From Candidatus Binatia bacterium (GTDB lineage: Bacteria > Desulfobacterota > Binatia > UBA9968 > CAXXLF01), in NCBI GenBank assembly GCA_963664015.2, contig CAXXLF010000001.1:256001-320000 (forward strand): a stretch of DNA of 64,000 bases, given 5' to 3'. The translations under genes were made by a program, and so were the position numbers. Below, one piece after another: positions 58,783 to 64,000 of this stretch (position 1 is the first letter of the stretch; every line of letters begins with the position of its first letter). Under the pieces are notes generated by a model. That model searched no databases, was not told the DNA's origin, and saw only the letters and a list, made by a program, of their open reading frames with translations.

Positions 58783-60054
58783 CTATCCTTCTTCAACGGG
58801 ACGTTGTTCCAGAACGAACCGTTTGAGCCCCGGATACAGAAAGTTTGTGCACAGCATCGATCCACCGATAAGAATTCCAGCCAAAAAGACGGCAAACCGG
58901 CCGCCGAGGAAGGCTATAAACATTCCCGTGGGAGCCTGGCCCAGGTGGTTCAAGCCCCGGAAGGTCATTTGCGAGATGCTCATGACTCTACCACGCATGC
59001 TCTCCATACTGGAATACTGGAAAATTACATTTCGCGTCGTCCCCCACATGGTGTCGCTCATCCCCAGGACCACCAGCAGGAATAAGGATAAAGGCCATAT
59101 ATGCGAGTGAGCGAATAACAAGTAGGTCAGGACGTGAATAGTCCCAAGGATGTAGAGAGTCCTTCCCGGCCGACGAAAGTTTCCCATAAAGATGAGAAAG
59201 AGCGCCCCGGTGACGCTTCCAATCCCTCTTTCCGATTGCATGAGGCCGAATCCGCCTGCACCGACTTGCAGTATATCTTTTGCAAAAACCGTAAGGACGA
59301 CCTGATTAAGGGAAAAAAAAGACGCGAATGCCCCCAACAGCAGGGCTCCACAAATAACCGGTTGCCGGCGAACGTAATTGAGACCTTCTATGACGCTTCG
59401 GCCCAATTGGGTCTTTCGGCCGCCGCCCACGGAAGTAGTGCGAATAAATGGAAGGGTAAAGACAACTGCAAGATGGGCCACTGAGTTGACCGCATAGGCT
59501 CCCCCTATACCTACAGCGGCGATAATAATACCACCGATGGCAGGCCCGATCATGGCACTTCCGCGAAAGAGGATAGAGTTCATGGCTACCCCGTTGGCAA
59601 GGGCGCTCCTGGGAATAAGATTGGGGAGCAGTGCGCTCTGGGCCGGGCTCCCAACCGCCTGAGCCGTTGCATTGACAGCCGTAACCATATAAATGGCCCA
59701 GGCCGTGAGGTTATGGGTAAATGCCAACGTCGCAAGGATCGCTCCCAATAATACCTGGACCGAAGTTGTTACCATTACAATCCGCTTTCGCTCATAGCGA
59801 TCGGCAATGGCCCCGCCAAAAAAGCCAAATCCGAAGGAGGGTGCTGCCCGAAACAAACCGTTTAATCCGACGCCAATGGCAGAACCGGTAATTTGGTAGA
59901 GCGCCCAACTCTGAGCCATGATTTGCATCCACACACCACAGTGGGCAACGAACTGGCTGAACCAATAGAGCCTGAAATCACGATGGCGAAAGGCAGGGAA
60001 ATAGCCTTCGGAGGCTGAAGGTAAGGACCCCATGGAGGGACCAAGATAGGCCAC
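58783..60054 (-). CDS. MFS transporter
   Basis: GGAIADRYERKR motif A, IGPAIGG, MRGRVMS. Confidence 0.92.
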   Translation of the reverse strand: MAYLGPSMGSLPSASEGYFPAFRHRDFRLYWFSQFVAHCGVWMQIMAQSWALYQITGSAIGVGLNGLFRAAPSFGFGFFGGAIADRYERKRIVMVTTSVQVLLGAILATLAFTHNLTAWAIYMVTAVNATAQAVGSPAQSALLPNLIPRSALANGVAMNSILFRGSAMIGPAIGGIIIAAVGIGGAYAVNSVAHLAVVFTLPFIRTTSVGGGRKTQLGRSVIEGLNYVRRQPVICGALLLGAFASFFSLNQVVLTVFAKDILQVGAGGFGLMQSERGIGSVTGALFLIFMGNFRRPGRTLYILGTIHVLTYLLFAHSHIWPLSLFLLVVLGMSDTMWGTTRNVIFQYSSMESMRGRVMSISQMTFRGLNHLGQAPTGMFIAFLGGRFAVFLAGILIGGSMLCTNFLYPGLKRFVLEQRPVEEG

Positions 60055-60125
60055 CGCACCAGAAAAGACAACACGGGGACAGGCCGTGAGCTACTGTTTA
60101 AATCTCGAACAGGTCAATTCACAAC

Positions 60126-61886
60126 TCAGGCTTGTTGCTCCCGCCCTTTAAGCCTGACATCGACCAAGGCCAGCGTGCTTTCTTTCTTCATCACCTGGAA
60201 GGCCCGTTCAATAGCCGGCCTCAGCTCGGAAGGTTTCTCAATGGGTCCTTCCGCATAGGCGCCCTGGGAGCGCGCAAGGCCGGCAAAATCAACTCGTGGG
60301 TTCTGTATTTCCGTAGCGATATGCTGGTTAGCCGTGGATCTGTTCCGATACTCGGATGCCCAGGTAAGGTGTGCACCTTCACCGACGTAACCTCCGTTGT
60401 CCAGAAGAAAGACCAACAAAGGGATGTGGTGATGAACGGCAGTCCAAATCGAGCTGGGCACATAAAGGGACTCTCCGTCGCCGACAAATGCTACACAGAA
60501 ACCTCCCTCCTTCTTCACCGCGAGGGACGCACCGATGGACCGGGATAGGGCGGTGCCTAATCCCGCCGCCTTTTGCCCCCCCATAACACTGCCCGGTCGG
60601 TCCAGGTCCCAAAGCCCTCTGGTAAAACCGCCGATGTTCCCCGTTAAGATCCAATGCTCTCCCTTCACGCAATTCCAAACCTCTTGGGCGAGAGCGGCCA
60701 GCGAAATGTCCTCCCTATGGACATCCTTTTCCAATTGGTCTTTCCACTTCTTTCGAGTTGCATCGTGAAGGTCCTTGGTTCGCGTAAACCGTTCTGCCAG
60801 TATCTTTTTCTGAGCCGGCTCCTTGTCCAGGATTGCTTGCAACTCCTGAGTGAGCGAGGGAATTGCGAGACTCGTGTCAACGGCAATGGTGAATTCCACG
60901 GGCCATAAGCGATCAAAATCCAAGGTGGTGCTCTTAATCCACTGGTCAAAGAGACCGATATTGACGACCTTGGCGCCCGGTTGGAGGCGGCTGTTTTTCT
61001 CCCTCGTGTAGCGGTTCGATACGGTAAATGTCTGCTCCAACTTTTCAACATCCAAGAGAACGATCACGTCACTACGGGTAACGGCATCGGTCCCGGTAAC
61101 GTCCAGTGAATGAGAGTTGGGAAAATTCAGGTCCCCACCTGTATCGATCACAGGGATCGAGCCAGCCTCCGCCAACCGGACCAGCATCTGGACCGCATCG
61201 GGATTTCGGCCCAATCGATCGGCGATGATCAACGGCGCCTCGGCGTGGGCCAGCAGTTCAGCCGTTTTCCGGAGCGAATCGGGATCGCCCTGCGGCCCGG
61301 TAGGGGGAGCGTACTTACTAATATCCGGAATAAGGATTGGCTCCGTCAGCTTGGCCTCCTGCCAACCCGCGTCCAAGGCCATATAGACAGGTCCCTTCGG
61401 TTCAGTCATGGCCACACGGCGGCCGCGGATAAAAGATTCGGGAACGCTTTCCGGATCATGGGGTTGATCGTCCCATTTGACGAAATCTCTGACCAGATTG
61501 CCTTGGACGAGGGCCGTATGCACCCAGTCGATCCATGGCCGGCGCATCTTGAGACTCATGGGTCCTGTCCCGCTCATGACAATCATCGGGACCCGGTCCA
61601 CGTAGGCATTATAAATCGCCATGGCCGCATGCAGGGTACCCACAACATTGTGGACCAGGGCCACGGAAGGCTTTCCCGTAGCTCGCCCGTAACCCATAGC
61701 CACTCCAACCGCAATCTCCTCATGGAGACATTCAATGATTTCGGGGGTTTTATTATTACCGAAGTTTATTATCGAATCGAGCAATCCACGATAGGTGGCC
61801 CCCAGATTTGCCGGCGCATACTCAATCCCGTATCGCTGCATCATTTCGACCACGACATCAGAGCCCCACTCTGCCTTACCAGCCAT
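60126..61886 (-). CDS. ThDP-binding enzyme (benzoylformate decarboxylase-like family)
   Basis: CLHEEIAVGVAMGY, VRDFVKWDDQP, VGDGE..DNGGY; ATG at 61886 after AAGGAGG. Confidence 0.9.
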   Translation of the reverse strand: MAGKAEWGSDVVVEMMQRYGIEYAPANLGATYRGLLDSIINFGNNKTPEIIECLHEEIAVGVAMGYGRATGKPSVALVHNVVGTLHAAMAIYNAYVDRVPMIVMSGTGPMSLKMRRPWIDWVHTALVQGNLVRDFVKWDDQPHDPESVPESFIRGRRVAMTEPKGPVYMALDAGWQEAKLTEPILIPDISKYAPPTGPQGDPDSLRKTAELLAHAEAPLIIADRLGRNPDAVQMLVRLAEAGSIPVIDTGGDLNFPNSHSLDVTGTDAVTRSDVIVLLDVEKLEQTFTVSNRYTREKNSRLQPGAKVVNIGLFDQWIKSTTLDFDRLWPVEFTIAVDTSLAIPSLTQELQAILDKEPAQKKILAERFTRTKDLHDATRKKWKDQLEKDVHREDISLAALAQEVWNCVKGEHWILTGNIGGFTRGLWDLDRPGSVMGGQKAAGLGTALSRSIGASLAVKKEGGFCVAFVGDGESLYVPSSIWTAVHHHIPLLVFLLDNGGYVGEGAHLTWASEYRNRSTANQHIATEIQNPRVDFAGLARSQGAYAEGPIEKPSELRPAIERAFQVMKKESTLALVDVRLKGREQQA

Positions 61887-62139
61887 TTTAACCCTCCTTT
61901 GTTTCTGCCTGTCCCGTGACTGCGCCGATAGTGCGCCTAGACGGTCTCTCGATACAACCGCGAGGGACCATCTGTCAAACCACGGGACCTGAACTATCCC
62001 CAGGAGATAATAGCTGAACTTCAATTTCAATCAAAGCAGGCGGATTATTGCCCCCCCCCCTGGGGTATGATAAGTAAATCCTCATGGACGGAACGGCCAA
62101 AAGCGCCTAGATGCCCAATTAAACAAAAGAGGGTTGGCT

Positions 62140-63408
62140 ATGCTTCCAAAAAAGGAAAACGAGCTTCTTACGCAGACTGGTCCCGGAACTCCCATGGGGG
62201 AATTGATTCGGCGTTACTGGATTCCCGCCCTCTTGTCAGAAGAAATCCCCGAGGCCGACTGCCCTCCGGTCCAAGTCCGGATAGTCGGCGAGGAACTGGT
62301 TGCCTTTCGTGACAGCAAGGGAAAGATCGGACTCCTGGGTGAGCATTGCGCCCATCGGGGCACATCCCTCTTCTACGGGCGTAATGAGGAGTGCGGCCTG
62401 CGATGCATTTACCATGGCTGGAAGTACGATGTAGAGGGCAACGTGGTCGACACGCCGGCGGAACCAGCGGACAGCGATTTCAAGAACAAGATCCACCAGA
62501 CCGCTTATCCTACGGTTGAAGTGGCGGGAATTATCTTCGCCTACCTGGGGCCTAAGGAAAAGATGCCGCTATTTCCAAATTACGAGTGGGTTCATCTCCC
62601 GCAAGAACACACCTACGTCACCAAGGCACTCCAGAACTGCAACTACTTGCAGGGCCTAGAAGGCGAATGCGATTCCTCTCACCTCTCATTTTTACATCGG
62701 GAGTTTAGCAATGAGGGTCGAAGGGCCTGGTATGCGATCGACAACGCACCTAAATACGAAATAGAAGAAACCGACTTTGGGCTCAGGTTAATTGCTTCAC
62801 GGGACGCTGGCCCTGATCAGACTTATGTCCGAGTTTCCAGTTTCATCACACCGATCTCCTGCTGGGTGCCCGCCCGCAAGAGGGAAACGCATATTTACGT
62901 CCCGGCTGATGACACCCATAGTTGGCGATACGATCTTGGTTTTTTAAAGGATCGGCCGATACGGGACGATGAAGTCCACAGGCGTAAGCAGATTGGGCCT
63001 GATTACCGACGCTTCCGAAATGCGGGCAATCACTATCAACAGGACCGCCAGGTACAAAGATCGGTCAACTACACCGGAATAGAGGATTTCTTGAACCAGG
63101 ACTCATGCGCGACGGAAACCATGGGGACCATCTACGATCGAAGCCAGGAGCATCTCGCCGTCAGCGACACCGCCGTCATAACCATGCGGAAGTTTCTCCT
63201 CAATGCGGTCCGGGCCCTGCAAAAAGGAGAGGAACCACCGCATATAGTCAAAGATCCGGCAAAAAACAATTTTAGCCACGTCGATACCATTGCTCAGGCG
63301 ATTCCTTCAAACGTGCCGTGGCGCGAGTATTTCAAACACCTGACCAAGACGGCGCAGGTTCAAGGCCCCCACGACCACGCCCAAGACGAAGAGTCGCCCC
63401 GTAGTTGA
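62140..63408 (+). CDS. Rieske non-heme iron oxygenase alpha subunit (phthalate dioxygenase/LigX-like)
   Basis: CAHRG..CIYHGW; EGECDSSHLSFLH; NQDSCATETMG. Confidence 0.93.
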   Translation: MLPKKENELLTQTGPGTPMGELIRRYWIPALLSEEIPEADCPPVQVRIVGEELVAFRDSKGKIGLLGEHCAHRGTSLFYGRNEECGLRCIYHGWKYDVEGNVVDTPAEPADSDFKNKIHQTAYPTVEVAGIIFAYLGPKEKMPLFPNYEWVHLPQEHTYVTKALQNCNYLQGLEGECDSSHLSFLHREFSNEGRRAWYAIDNAPKYEIEETDFGLRLIASRDAGPDQTYVRVSSFITPISCWVPARKRETHIYVPADDTHSWRYDLGFLKDRPIRDDEVHRRKQIGPDYRRFRNAGNHYQQDRQVQRSVNYTGIEDFLNQDSCATETMGTIYDRSQEHLAVSDTAVITMRKFLLNAVRALQKGEEPPHIVKDPAKNNFSHVDTIAQAIPSNVPWREYFKHLTKTAQVQGPHDHAQDEESPRS

Positions 63409-63585
63409 ACCTATTCCGCCCACACACTAATACTCAGCGGGTGAGGTTTGAGCCACACCTCTTGTCCCTTTGGGAAGAGCTGATCACGTTGATCGTAGAC
63501 TAGAAGTGCCCCTCGTTATCTACGATTATCCCCTATCCCATGTCTCCGAATCCCAAATTTTAAAACGGCTCCCTTTCGGAGGCAC

Positions 63586-64000
63586 CTATACCCACCCGCG
63601 ATTCCACTTCTCTCCTTTTCTAACCTTTTCCGAGTAGTAGTTCCATTCGGCAGAATGCTTGTCTTGCGCTCGGCCCCTACCCAGTTCCCGCGCCCGGGCC
63701 ATGAGCTTCTCAGAGGTTGCCTCCATGGACTGTATGAACTCGTCCGTGGGCCCCACGTAGCCCAACAGGTGGGCCATGGCCTGCATCTTGGCGGTCCGCT
63801 CGACGTAGAGAGCGTTCATGCAGGCCTCATCAATATTATTCCCTACGGAAACGATTCCATGTCCCTTGGTAATAACCGCGGGGGCCTTGTCGAGGGTCTT
63901 GGCAAGATCGGCCCCCTCGCTCGGATCGATGATAAAGATGGGGTCCTTATAGATGGGAACTCCTTTACCGAATCGCTTGGATTGCTGGTGCATGTTATAG
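63586..64000 (-). CDS. Class II aldolase/adducin family protein (5'-partial)
   Basis: GADLAKTL..AVITKGHGIVSVG..IDEA..VERTAKMQ. Confidence 0.82.
   Translation of the reverse strand, partial: YNMHQQSKRFGKGVPIYKDPIFIIDPSEGADLAKTLDKAPAVITKGHGIVSVGNNIDEACMNALYVERTAKMQAMAHLLGYVGPTDEFIQSMEATSEKLMARARELGRGRAQDKHSAEWNYYSEKVRKGEKWNRGWV

Noticed and set aside
1-64000. Long antisense ORFs (e.g. 16328-17323, 44657-45562, 52170-53057, 61110-61919); CRISPR arrays; rRNA
   Set aside because: The ORFs are shadows of real genes on the opposite strand in GC-rich DNA; no repeat-spacer array or rRNA sequence was seen

Overview
A GC-rich bacterial chromosomal window, dense in catabolic genes for aromatic and heterocyclic compounds: two UbiD decarboxylases, four Rieske oxygenases, two LigB-like dioxygenases, amidohydrolases, cupins, a hydantoinase/oxoprolinase pair and two ThDP enzymes. 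Housekeeping loci are tadA, glnS, gltX, a Na/Pi transporter with PhoU, and five tRNAs (Ser-CGA, Arg-ACG, Ser-GCT, Gln-CTG, Glu-CTC). An 8.8-kb integrative element (23838-32650) sits in tRNA-Arg(ACG). It has a 45-bp att duplication, candidate TGGTAGCA arm-type repeats and a decayed tyrosine integrase. The most unusual signal lies inside it: three related 28-bp 11-6-11 palindromic sites, two of them embedded in a conserved 80-bp site-plus-hairpin unit, divide the cargo into cassette-like modules. One module encodes a cytidylyltransferase, a PLP enzyme, a CDP-alcohol phosphotransferase and a PEAMT-like methyltransferase, a candidate phosphobase/CDP-aminoalcohol headgroup pathway. Also present are a small IS200/IS605-like hairpin element and several pseudogenes. 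All family calls come from motifs recognised by eye; no database search was run.
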